From contig JAQBHB010000102.1 of the NCBI GenBank assembly GCA_032128115.1, positions 1 to 54,037 on the forward strand: a stretch of 54,037 nucleotides of DNA. The letters are read 5' to 3'. The DNA is from Deltaproteobacteria bacterium. GTDB taxonomy: Bacteria; Myxococcota_A; UBA9160; SMWR01. Made by a program: the position numbers and the translations under genes. Shown here one piece after another: positions 20,750 through 29,505 of the stretch. The notes below the pieces were generated by a model that did no database searches, was not told where the DNA came from, and saw only the letters and a program-made list of their open reading frames with translations. How positions within the stretch are numbered: position 1 is the stretch's first letter; every line of letters starts with the position of its first letter.

Positions 20750-22249
20750 GTGACATTCCGTTCATTCTCGCGCCGGGTGTGGCGCGTCACCCTGGCCGTG
20801 GGACTCGCCGCACTGCTGGCGTTCGCCTGCACCGTCAATCCCACCACGGGGCGCCGCACCCCGGTCCTGAGCTCGTCGGCATCCGAGAGCGACACGGGCG
20901 CCAAGGTGGCGAAGATGGTCGAGGAGCAGATGGGGCTGGTGGACGACCCCGGGTTGGTGGCGTACGTGCGCGCCATCGGCCGGCGCATCGCCTCGAAGTC
21001 GCCGCGCAAGGACGTCGAGTACCACTTCTTCGTCGTGGACGTGCAGGAGCCCAACGCCTTCGCGTTGCCCGGTGGCTACATCTACATATCGCGCGGCCTG
21101 CTTCCGCTGGTGAACTCGGAGGACGAACTCGCCGGCGTGATCGGTCACGAGGTGGCCCACGTGGCGGCCCTTCACTATGCCAAGCAACAGATCCGCAGCG
21201 CGCCGTTCCTGCCCGTGCGGTTCGCGACGGCGCTGACCGGTGCGCTCACCTCGATCGTGAGCCCCACCGTGGGCCGTGCCATCGCGGGAGTCGGTGAGGT
21301 GGGCAGTGCCCTGGTGCTGTCTCCGTACGGCCGCGGCCAGGAGAACGAAGCCGATGAGCTCGGCCAGCAGTTCGCCGCCGACGCGGGATGGGATCCCGCC
21401 GGGATCTCCACGTTCATGGCGACCCTGAGCCGCGAGCAGGCGCTCCAGGGGCACGATCCGGAACGCACCTCCTTCCTGTCGACGCATCCCACGAGTCCCG
21501 CGCGCGGCGCTCGCACCGCCGAACGCGCCAGCACCCTCACGCGGGCACAAATCCAGCCCATCGCTGCCGACCCTGGCGATTTCTTCGGGCGCATGGAGGG
21601 CTTGCTGGTGGGCGCGAGCGCTTCGGAGGGTGTCTTCGACGGCAACCGGTTTCTGCACCCGGGGTTGAACCTCGCGGTGGCGTTCCCCACGAGCTGGGTG
21701 ACCGCCAATACCAGCCAGGCCGTGGGCGCCACATCTCCCGACAAGGACGCGGTGGTGGTGCTCACGCTGGCGGGAGAGGGCGTGGATCCGGTGGCGGCCG
21801 CCCGCGCGTTCCGCACCGAGTCCGGGCAGCGGGTCCGCGATCTGGAATCCTTCAAGATCGGGAGCCTGGACGCCACCCGCTCCCGGCTCGAGACGGGTGG
21901 CTTCTTTTCCCGGCGCAGCGTGGACCTGACCTGGATCGCCTACGCGGGCCGGATCTACCAGATCGCGGGAATCAGCGCGTCCTCCAATTTTCAGGACTTC
22001 CAGCCCACCTTCGTGGCCGTGTCGAAGAGCTTCCATCCCCTGCGCCAGGCCGAGCGCGATTCGATCCGCGAGGACCGGCTGCGCGTGGTGCGCGCACACA
22101 AGGGCGAGAAGATCGAGGAGATCCTGGAGCGCAGCGGGAGTCGTTCAGACCCCGAAGCGATCGCGGTCGCCAATGGAGTCCAGGCCGACACGCGATTCGA
22201 CTCGGGGGCACCCGTGAAGATCACGCGCCCAGTGCCCTACAAGCAGTAG
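20750..22249 (+). CDS. M48 family Zn metalloprotease lipoprotein with C-terminal LysM-like domain
   Basis: Lipobox AFAC, CTVNPTTG, PNAFALPGGYIYISRGLL, ELAGVIGHEVAH, QENEADELG, FLSTHP. Confidence 0.92.
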   Translation: MTFRSFSRRVWRVTLAVGLAALLAFACTVNPTTGRRTPVLSSSASESDTGAKVAKMVEEQMGLVDDPGLVAYVRAIGRRIASKSPRKDVEYHFFVVDVQEPNAFALPGGYIYISRGLLPLVNSEDELAGVIGHEVAHVAALHYAKQQIRSAPFLPVRFATALTGALTSIVSPTVGRAIAGVGEVGSALVLSPYGRGQENEADELGQQFAADAGWDPAGISTFMATLSREQALQGHDPERTSFLSTHPTSPARGARTAERASTLTRAQIQPIAADPGDFFGRMEGLLVGASASEGVFDGNRFLHPGLNLAVAFPTSWVTANTSQAVGATSPDKDAVVVLTLAGEGVDPVAAARAFRTESGQRVRDLESFKIGSLDATRSRLETGGFFSRRSVDLTWIAYAGRIYQIAGISASSNFQDFQPTFVAVSKSFHPLRQAERDSIREDRLRVVRAHKGEKIEEILERSGSRSDPEAIAVANGVQADTRFDSGAPVKITRPVPYKQ

Positions 22250-22278
22250 GGCGCGTACCCTCAAGTAGGGCGCGTACC
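22245..22278 (+). repeat. Tandem 15-bp direct repeat AGTAGGGCGCGTACC x2
   Basis: Exact copies at 22245-22259 and 22264-22278. The first overlaps the M48 stop codon. Confidence 0.8.
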
Positions 22279-22341
22279 ATCGATGCGCATTGCCCCAGCA
22301 ACCACCGGGCGGGCGACGCGCTGAGTGCTGCCCGGGCACGC

Positions 22342-23376
22342 TCAGGCGGGCTCGGGAGAGCGCCAGCGATCGAGTCGGCCCGCCATCACGTCGGCGATCA
22401 CCCGGGTTCCCTCGAACTTCTCCATCACGATCTTCAAGACAGCGGTGACCGGCACTGCCATCAGTGCGCCGGCGATGCCCCAGAGCATCCCCCAGAAGAT
22501 CAGGGAGATCAGGACAACGACCGGATGCAGGTCCAGCGACTCGCCCATGATCCGGGGGTCGAGGATGTTCCCGACCACGATCTGGATGGAGCCCGGGATT
22601 ACCAGAGCCAGCACGGCCGTGGTGCCCGAGACCTCGGGGCTCACGATCACCACCGGAAGCGGCAGCAGGGTGGCGATGATCGAGCCCACACTGGGGATGA
22701 AGTTCAACAGGAACGCGAACAGCCCGAAGGCCAGGGCCAGGTCGATCCCCAGCAGCGCGAGCGTCAGGTAGACCAGGGTGCCGGTGGCGGCGGAAATCGC
22801 GGCCTTGGTCACCAGGTAGCGCTTCACGCGCTTCTCGGACTCGCCCCATACGCCGCTCGCCCGGCGATTCGAGTCTCCACCGAGCATCAGGAAGATCACG
22901 AAGATCAGGACCAGGGTGGATTGGGACAGGACGCCAAGCACGGCATTGGTCGTGCCCAGCAGCATGCCGCCCACCGTGCGCGCGGTCATCTGCGTCAGGT
23001 GGGTCACGTCGGTCTGGGGAATCAGGCTCCGCAGATTCTCGGGCACGAGCGCCACGATCTGCCCCAACAGCAGCGCGAATTGCTGGTTGTAGGCCCCGGA
23101 GTTCGCCGTGAGCTGGCCGACCGACGCCGAGATCACCAGTGCCAGCAGGCCGAACGCGAAGGCGGCAAGCACGGTGGTCGCGAGCATGGCCGCCGCCCGG
23201 GGAAGCTTGAGGCGGCGCTGCTGGAACTCGACGATGGAAGACAAGATCAGCGACACGAACAGGGCGAGCACGAACGGGATCATCACGGGCCGCAGCCAAT
23301 AGAGGGTGACGCCCGTCGCAATCGTCGTGAGCAGGACCAGACACACGGTCTGGACCCGCTGCTCGCTCGGGTTCAT
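22342..23376 (-). CDS. AI-2E family (PerM/TqsA) transporter
   Basis: Multiple TM segments, LRPVMIPF, RYLVTK, FLLNFIPSVGS, GNILDPRIMGESLDLHP, ALMAVP. Confidence 0.93.
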   Translation of the reverse strand: MNPSEQRVQTVCLVLLTTIATGVTLYWLRPVMIPFVLALFVSLILSSIVEFQQRRLKLPRAAAMLATTVLAAFAFGLLALVISASVGQLTANSGAYNQQFALLLGQIVALVPENLRSLIPQTDVTHLTQMTARTVGGMLLGTTNAVLGVLSQSTLVLIFVIFLMLGGDSNRRASGVWGESEKRVKRYLVTKAAISAATGTLVYLTLALLGIDLALAFGLFAFLLNFIPSVGSIIATLLPLPVVIVSPEVSGTTAVLALVIPGSIQIVVGNILDPRIMGESLDLHPVVVLISLIFWGMLWGIAGALMAVPVTAVLKIVMEKFEGTRVIADVMAGRLDRWRSPEPA

Positions 23377-23714
23377 CCGGAGCTGCTGCGGATCGCTGAG
23401 AGCGCGCCCTCGACGAAGCACATGTAGTCGCCGCCGGCGCGATGCAGCTGGACTCCGAAGCCGCTGGTGGCGCGCTTTCCGGCCATGGGCAGCGTATTCC
23501 AGCGCACGACACCTCCGACGGCGATCTTGCGCTGGTTGGGAGTTTCGAACTCCACCTCGATCTTCGCGCCGTCCGGCGGAAGCAGCGGGCTCCGGATGAA
23601 GATGCCGCCGGGCGAGACGTCGTGGACGTGGCCTTCGCCCCGGGAATTCTCTGACTTGAATGTGGCCCGTATCGTGCGCAGGAGCGCCACCCGGTCCTGA
23701 CCCGCTTTGGACAC
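23373..23714 (-). CDS. Stand-alone PilZ domain protein
   Basis: DVSPGGIFI (D/NxSxxG), G.VRW, GFGVQL. GAAGGAG RBS before GTG. Confidence 0.85.
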   Translation of the reverse strand: MSKAGQDRVALLRTIRATFKSENSRGEGHVHDVSPGGIFIRSPLLPPDGAKIEVEFETPNQRKIAVGGVVRWNTLPMAGKRATSGFGVQLHRAGGDYMCFVEGALSAIRSSSG

Positions 23715-23809
23715 CGCATCTCCTTCGTATCGGGGCCGCACCGGGGTACCGCGCTTTCCGGATCTTCGCTAGCGGGTTGGCGCCTCTCGCGGGGATATCC
23801 CCTCACGGG

Positions 23810-26101
23810 CTACAACAGGGAGAGCTGCCGGGGCTGGTCCATAGCCTCGGCGAAGCTGCTGTCCAGGTGCGGCAGGATGGCGTCGGCGACGGGCTGCAAC
23901 ACGTGGTTCACGTAGTGGCGGCGGTCGAGGCTCGCCGGCATGGGCTTGCCCGGGAGCACGGGCTCGGGCCCGCTGCTGGCGATCACGTAGCGGACCACCG
24001 GGCCCACTCGGCCCCCGGCTTTGCGCGCCGCTTGCACGTGGGGCGGCGTAGTCGCTGTGTAGCGGTCCAGCGACCCCTTGCGGATGCGCTTGGCGTAGAC
24101 CAGCTCGTCGTCCAACTCGCCGGCCAGGACGCGCGCCACCAGGTCGCGCACGAACGGCACCAGGTCCCGATCCGTGAACAGGCGCGTCAGCATGCCGCGT
24201 TGGAGCCGGCCGGCCACGGCGGGCCAGTCGCGCCGCACCGACTCCAGCCCCACGATGACCAGCTCGCCGTCCACCCAGCCCGCGTAGCGCTTCTTGCTGC
24301 CGCTCTTGCCCCCGCGCACCCGGGGCAGGAACAAGCGATCGAAGATCTTCTCGAGCTCGAGCTCCAGGCGCGGTTCTACCCGGTAGGCGTTCCGGATGCG
24401 CTGGTGGATTCGCGTCTCCACCCGCTCGCGAAGCAATTCGGCACGGGCCCTCGCCCCGCCGCCGGTCTCGAGTTGAACGAAGACCGAGTCGGTGTCGCCA
24501 TACAGGACGCCAACTCCCTGCTCCTCGAATGCCTGGCGTGTCCAGGCCAGGATCAGTTGTCCGAATCCCGTGATGGCATTGGCGATCTCGGGATCGAAGA
24601 AGCGGCACGACCCCGCTCCCAGCACGCCGAAGAGCGCGTTCATCATGATCTTGATGGCCTGGTCGGCATTGCGGTCACCCCGCTGCTTGGCCTCGTCGCG
24701 ACTCTGCATGAAGCGCTCGATCACCGACGGCAGGATCGCCTCGCCGCGTCCGAAACGCGCGCCGTTGGGGGCCACCACAGGGTCGTCTCCCGTGCGGGCG
24801 TGGGCGAGAGGATCCAGATGGAAGGTGCGGATCAGGCTGGGGTAGAGGCTCTTGAAGTCGAAGACGGCGACGTTTTCGAAGATGCCGGGCTGGGGATCCA
24901 GCAGGGCGCCCCCCTTCACCAGGGCGGTCTTGCGGTCGGTGTCGACGTTGGGGGCCACGAAGCCGCGACGCCGCAGCTCCGGCAGGTACAGGCGGTCGAA
25001 GGACGCAATGCTCGCGCCCACGCGATCGAGCTGCATGCCCGACAGCAGGCTCCGCTCCACGGTGAGGTCGATCAGGCCCTCGTGCTCGAGGATGTCCAGC
25101 ACGAGCCGCGCGTCTTCCAGGTTGTAGGCCACCAGGGCGGCGGGGTCCTCGCGGTAGAGTCGCGTGATCTCTGCGGCCGGGTCGGGGACGTCGTGGTCGA
25201 TGAGCTTCCCGCGCCCCAGCACCGCCTGGGCCACGGTTTCGAGCCGGTAGTCTTCCAGGCGGATGGCGTCGCGGACCAGGGGGATTCCGTCGAGCACCAT
25301 GCGGCCGGGTATGTCCGCGCGACCCTGGCGCGTGAAGCCCGGATCCTGGCGGAACGACACGCTGCCCTCGGTGCGTCCCAGGGTGCACGGCACTCTCAGC
25401 TGCTCGCAGCGCCGCACCCAGGTGCGAAGATCGAAGTCCACCACGTTCCAGCCCGTGAGGATGTCTGGATCCAGCTCGCGGATGCGACGGTTCGCCGCCT
25501 GCAGCAGCTCGGATTCGTTGGCGTGCACCACGGCGCCCGCGACGGGCGACTCGGACACCAGGTGCACCTCGGAGGCCGCGCTCCCGGCCAGGGCGATGGA
25601 GTAGATCGTGCTCGCATCCGGTGTGGTCTCCAGGTCGAGGGACAGGGTGCGGAGGGTGGGGCGGCAGCGTGCGGGCGCGAGCACCGGGTTGTGGAAGCGC
25701 ACGAGGCCCGGTCGCACGGCCTCGGCCCTGCCTTCGATGGAGACACCGCCGTGGATGCCGTGGTCGATCAGGTATCGGTACGGAAAGCGGAGATCCGCCT
25801 CCAGTGGGTGGCCCCCGGCGCGTTCGATGCGCTCGCGCAGTGGCGGCACGTCACCGGGCAGGGCGGCTTCGATGCGCACCACTGGGCGCCCGGCCATGTC
25901 GCGCAGATCCGTGTCCGACGTGGACAGGCCCGGAATGCCAGCCAGGGTGGACGCCTCGTCTCGGGCCACGAAGAAGTAGGGACGGAAGCGGTCGTCCTCG
26001 ACCAGGAAGGCCACGTCGTGCTCGAGACGGCCCACCAGGTGCACGACAGGGATGCCGTCGCGGATGCGGTAGCTGGGCTGCAGGATCAATCCGAGCGGCA
26101 C
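23810..26101 (-). CDS. polB: DNA polymerase II (family B)
   Basis: Exonuclease motifs SLDLET, GWNVVDFD, YNLED. Polymerase motifs DFKSLYPS, KIMMNALFGVLG, YGDTDS, KKRYAG. Confidence 0.95.
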   Translation of the reverse strand: MPLGLILQPSYRIRDGIPVVHLVGRLEHDVAFLVEDDRFRPYFFVARDEASTLAGIPGLSTSDTDLRDMAGRPVVRIEAALPGDVPPLRERIERAGGHPLEADLRFPYRYLIDHGIHGGVSIEGRAEAVRPGLVRFHNPVLAPARCRPTLRTLSLDLETTPDASTIYSIALAGSAASEVHLVSESPVAGAVVHANESELLQAANRRIRELDPDILTGWNVVDFDLRTWVRRCEQLRVPCTLGRTEGSVSFRQDPGFTRQGRADIPGRMVLDGIPLVRDAIRLEDYRLETVAQAVLGRGKLIDHDVPDPAAEITRLYREDPAALVAYNLEDARLVLDILEHEGLIDLTVERSLLSGMQLDRVGASIASFDRLYLPELRRRGFVAPNVDTDRKTALVKGGALLDPQPGIFENVAVFDFKSLYPSLIRTFHLDPLAHARTGDDPVVAPNGARFGRGEAILPSVIERFMQSRDEAKQRGDRNADQAIKIMMNALFGVLGAGSCRFFDPEIANAITGFGQLILAWTRQAFEEQGVGVLYGDTDSVFVQLETGGGARARAELLRERVETRIHQRIRNAYRVEPRLELELEKIFDRLFLPRVRGGKSGSKKRYAGWVDGELVIVGLESVRRDWPAVAGRLQRGMLTRLFTDRDLVPFVRDLVARVLAGELDDELVYAKRIRKGSLDRYTATTPPHVQAARKAGGRVGPVVRYVIASSGPEPVLPGKPMPASLDRRHYVNHVLQPVADAILPHLDSSFAEAMDQPRQLSLL

Positions 26102-26116
26102 GGGGGGACCTCCGGC

Positions 26117-27550
26117 TCAGGTTCCGCTCACGTCGGCCTTTTCGGCCGCGTCCCGCAACTCCCGGAACGCGGCGACGAGAGCGCGCCCGAAGCTGCCCAG
26201 GTCGGGCACCAGATCCCAGTCGGCGATCAATCCGAACGAGACTTTTCCGGAGTAGCTCATGACCGCGACGCCCAGACCCTGGTTCTCGAACAGCGGAAGC
26301 TGGGGGTACATGACCTCCAGCCGCGATCCCAGCAGATACAGCGGGAACTGGGGACCGGCGACGTTGGTCACGATCATGTTGTGGGGGCGGAAGGTGTTGG
26401 CCAGGCGCGTGCCCCAGTACGTGAGCAGATCCGATCGGGTCCATTCCGTGAAGCGATTGAACAGGTCGATGCCGTGGGCCGCCTTGGAGTCCTTGAGTCG
26501 ACTCGTCTCGGTCCGGATGCGCTGGAACTGACGCAACGGATCCTTCTCGTCGATGGGGAGCGACAGGAAGATGGCGGACACCCGATTCGCGGCGTCCATG
26601 TCGTCGGGTCCCTTGCGCATGTTCACCGGGACCACGACCCGGAAGTCGAGCCCGGCCAGGGCCACGCGGCGCTGGCGCAGGAAGCGACGCATGGCCCCGG
26701 ATACGATGGTCAGGACCACGTCGTTCACGGTGCCGTCCAGTCGCTTCTTGACGTCCTTGATGTCGGCCAGGTCCACGCTGCACCACTCCACCCGGCGGTG
26801 GGTGCCGATGGGCCGGTTGAGGGGAGTATTCGCCGGCGCCCGTAGGCCGGTGTTGAGGGCCTGCCACATGGCCCGGGCGTTTTCGGCCACGCGGGTGGAT
26901 GTCTCGCTGGGGCGCTCCAGGGCTCGCTTCACCGCCTGGAAGGCGGCTGCGGGTGGTTGTTGCATGCGACGCACGGCCTCGTCGATCAGGAGCTCGAATT
27001 TCCCCGGCCGCGGCCTGGGAACCCAGGTGGGCGCGGCGTCGAAATCCTCGTCTGGCGACGGGCTCAGCATGGCCTGCATCAGCCCCACGCCCGAGGCGCC
27101 GTCCACCATGCAGTGGTGAACCTTGCTGATCATCGCGAAGCGACCGCCTTCGAGGCCGTCCACGAACCAGGTTTCCCACAGGGGCTTGGTGCGATCCAGC
27201 TGTTGGGACATGATGCGCCCGGCCAGGTCCTTGAGCTGCTCCTCGCTTCCCGGTGCCGGAAGCCCGGTGTGACGGACGTGGTACGCCAGGTTGAAGCGGT
27301 CGTCGTCGACCCAGATCGGATGACGCTGGATCGGTGTGAATGCCAGGCGCTGGCGGTAGCGCAGCAGTACGGGCAGCCGCGACGCCACATAGGCGCGCAA
27401 GCGCTCGATGTCGATGGACCCGTGCTCGCGCGAGGCCTCATCCATCTCGAAGATCGCCACGGCAGACACGTGCATATGGGTGACGGCTCCCTCGAACATG
27501 ACGAAGGAGCTGTCCTGGGCCGACAGGCGGACGTAGTTCTCGTGGGCCAT
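26117..27550 (-). CDS. Wax ester synthase/diacylglycerol acyltransferase (WS/DGAT)
   Basis: RLSAQDSSF, HMHV, LDRTKPLWE, catalytic HHCMVDG, TVNDVVL, TNVAGP. Confidence 0.95.
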   Translation of the reverse strand: MAHENYVRLSAQDSSFVMFEGAVTHMHVSAVAIFEMDEASREHGSIDIERLRAYVASRLPVLLRYRQRLAFTPIQRHPIWVDDDRFNLAYHVRHTGLPAPGSEEQLKDLAGRIMSQQLDRTKPLWETWFVDGLEGGRFAMISKVHHCMVDGASGVGLMQAMLSPSPDEDFDAAPTWVPRPRPGKFELLIDEAVRRMQQPPAAAFQAVKRALERPSETSTRVAENARAMWQALNTGLRAPANTPLNRPIGTHRRVEWCSVDLADIKDVKKRLDGTVNDVVLTIVSGAMRRFLRQRRVALAGLDFRVVVPVNMRKGPDDMDAANRVSAIFLSLPIDEKDPLRQFQRIRTETSRLKDSKAAHGIDLFNRFTEWTRSDLLTYWGTRLANTFRPHNMIVTNVAGPQFPLYLLGSRLEVMYPQLPLFENQGLGVAVMSYSGKVSFGLIADWDLVPDLGSFGRALVAAFRELRDAAEKADVSGT

Positions 27551-27572
27551 GGGGGGGGCCTCGCTGCCGCCG

Positions 27573-28658
27573 CTAGGGGGCGGCCGGATCCGGAAGGTCC
27601 ATGAGTCGCGCCAGCAGGCGCGAGCACGGGTTGGTGATCTCGAATTCCACGTCTGCGGGCAGCACCTCGTAGAATTTCATCTGCTGTGCGACACGGATCA
27701 TGATCACGGCGAAGCGCATGGCCGCGAATCGCTCGTAGTAGTCCAGATGCCGGACCCGGTGCCCCGTCCACTCCTCGTAGCGCGCCACGGTCTCATCGCG
27801 GCCGGGAAAGCCGGGGAGCCGCTCGGTGCCGATGCCCTCGCTGTGATGGCGGTCGATGAAGATCCACCATGCCAGATCCTCTTCTGGACTTCCCAGCCGG
27901 GCCATCTCCCAGTCGAGAACCGCTGCACAGCGGTTCTCGTGGAAGATCATGTTGCCCACCCGCGAGTCCCCCCACGACAGCACCACCGGCTCGGTCTCGC
28001 TGGGCCGGTTGCGGTGCAGCCACTCCAGGGCGGGCGTGCAGGTGGGGTGGGGCTTCTCATCCCAGGTCCACGCCAGATAGCGCTCGTAATAGTCCAGGTG
28101 CTGCTCCAGGGGAGTCGTGCCGCGTTCGGGCTCCGCCAGGAATCCGAAGCCCCGGGCGCTCCAGTCGAGGCGGTGGATGCGGGTCATTGTCTCGACGCCG
28201 CTCCACCAGATCGCGGCGCGCTCCTCCGGCTCGATCTCCGTCACCCAGCCGCCGGCGTGGTACGGCGGGTTGTCCGTGGGAATGCGCCCCTCGATCCGCT
28301 CCATCACGTAGAAGGGCGCGTCCAGGATTCCCGGGTCTTCTTCCTGCCAGTACATGCGCGCCACCGGCACGTCGCTGTCGCCGAGCATCTGCTGGATCTT
28401 GAACTGCCGGCTCAGGTCGTATTCGGGGAAGATCTGGAACCCGATGGGCTGGATGCGCACCACCAGGGGCTCGGTCCGCTCGCGGCCGGCCTCCCGCACG
28501 GCCAGGTCGAACATCAGGGTGTCGTTGGAGAAGCCGGTGTTTCCCGGACCCTTCAGATCGGAGATCCGGATCGAATCCGCGTCGGGAAGCCGCGCCGCGA
28601 ACCAGTCGCTGAGACGCTGCCGGGTGACTTCGAGGTCGCGTCCACGGGGGGCGGGCAT
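27573..28658 (-). CDS. Phosphotransferase family protein (APH/choline kinase-like, ACAD10-type)
   Basis: GFSNDT, PFYVMERIEG, WGDSRVGNMIF, VLDWEMA. Confidence 0.92.
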   Translation of the reverse strand: MPAPRGRDLEVTRQRLSDWFAARLPDADSIRISDLKGPGNTGFSNDTLMFDLAVREAGRERTEPLVVRIQPIGFQIFPEYDLSRQFKIQQMLGDSDVPVARMYWQEEDPGILDAPFYVMERIEGRIPTDNPPYHAGGWVTEIEPEERAAIWWSGVETMTRIHRLDWSARGFGFLAEPERGTTPLEQHLDYYERYLAWTWDEKPHPTCTPALEWLHRNRPSETEPVVLSWGDSRVGNMIFHENRCAAVLDWEMARLGSPEEDLAWWIFIDRHHSEGIGTERLPGFPGRDETVARYEEWTGHRVRHLDYYERFAAMRFAVIMIRVAQQMKFYEVLPADVEFEITNPCSRLLARLMDLPDPAAP

Positions 28659-28786
28659 GGCGGCTCCTGCACCGGAGACGGGGGGCCTCTAGGTTACATT
28701 CCCGTGGCGGGATTGCGACGCTTTCCGGATGTTCGCCCTCTCGTCCGTTTCCCCCCAGGCACCCCATTGATACCCTTGGTTCCAGC

Positions 28787-29467
28787 ATGGCGGAACGCAT
28801 CCTGGTGATCGATGACGAGCCCGACCTGCTCGAGCTGGTGCGCCTGAGCCTGGATCAGGCCGGCTATCGGGTCGACACGGCGGAGACCGGAAACGAGGCC
28901 CTGTCTTCGGTCCGCTCGTTGCGACCGGACCTGATCGTGCTCGACTTGATGCTTCCGGACGTGCCGGGAACCGAGGTCTGCCGCCAGATTCGCGCCGACC
29001 CGGAGCTGTCGAGGATTCCCATCATCATGCTGACCGCCAGGGCCGAGGAGGTGGATCGCGTGGTGGGCTTCGAGCTCGGAGCCGACGATTACGTGGCCAA
29101 ACCCTTCAGCCCCCGCGAACTCACCTTGCGTGTGCGCGCGGTACTGCGCCGCAGGAAGTCGGATCCCGAATCGGTGGCCTCCCTGCAGCACGGGCCTCTC
29201 CGGATCGACCCGGAGCGACATCGCTGTTTCATCCACGACGAGGAAGTCGAACTCACGGCCAGGGAGTTCGACCTGTTGCTGTGGCTCATGAGGCGGCCCG
29301 GTCTGGTGATGACTCGCGAACACCTTCTCGACCACGTCTGGGGCTCGGACATCAGCGTGACCACGCGGACCATCGACACCCACATGAAGCGCCTGCGCGA
29401 AAAGCTCGGAGACGCCGCATTCCTCATCGAGACCGTGCGGGGTGTCGGGTATCGTTTCGCCGACTGA
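28787..29467 (+). CDS. phoB: OmpR/PhoB family response regulator
   Basis: ILVIDDE, LDLMLP, IPIIMLTA, DRVVGFELGADDYVAKPFSPREL, RTIDTHMKRLREKL, IETVRGVGY. Paired with a PhoR-like kinase and followed by Pho-box-like repeats. Confidence 0.85.
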   Translation: MAERILVIDDEPDLLELVRLSLDQAGYRVDTAETGNEALSSVRSLRPDLIVLDLMLPDVPGTEVCRQIRADPELSRIPIIMLTARAEEVDRVVGFELGADDYVAKPFSPRELTLRVRAVLRRRKSDPESVASLQHGPLRIDPERHRCFIHDEEVELTAREFDLLLWLMRRPGLVMTREHLLDHVWGSDISVTTRTIDTHMKRLREKLGDAAFLIETVRGVGYRFAD

Positions 29468-29505
29468 GGAGTTCCGAGATCCGTTCCTCGACAAGGCGAT
29501 CCCTG

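Noticed and set aside
23660..26845. 1061-aa plus-strand ORF and many similar long overlapping ORFs (e.g. 9339-11339, 17664-20069, 29089-31167, 51811-53583)
   Set aside because: Antisense shadow frames of well-supported genes, expected in high-GC DNA. They have no recognisable motifs.
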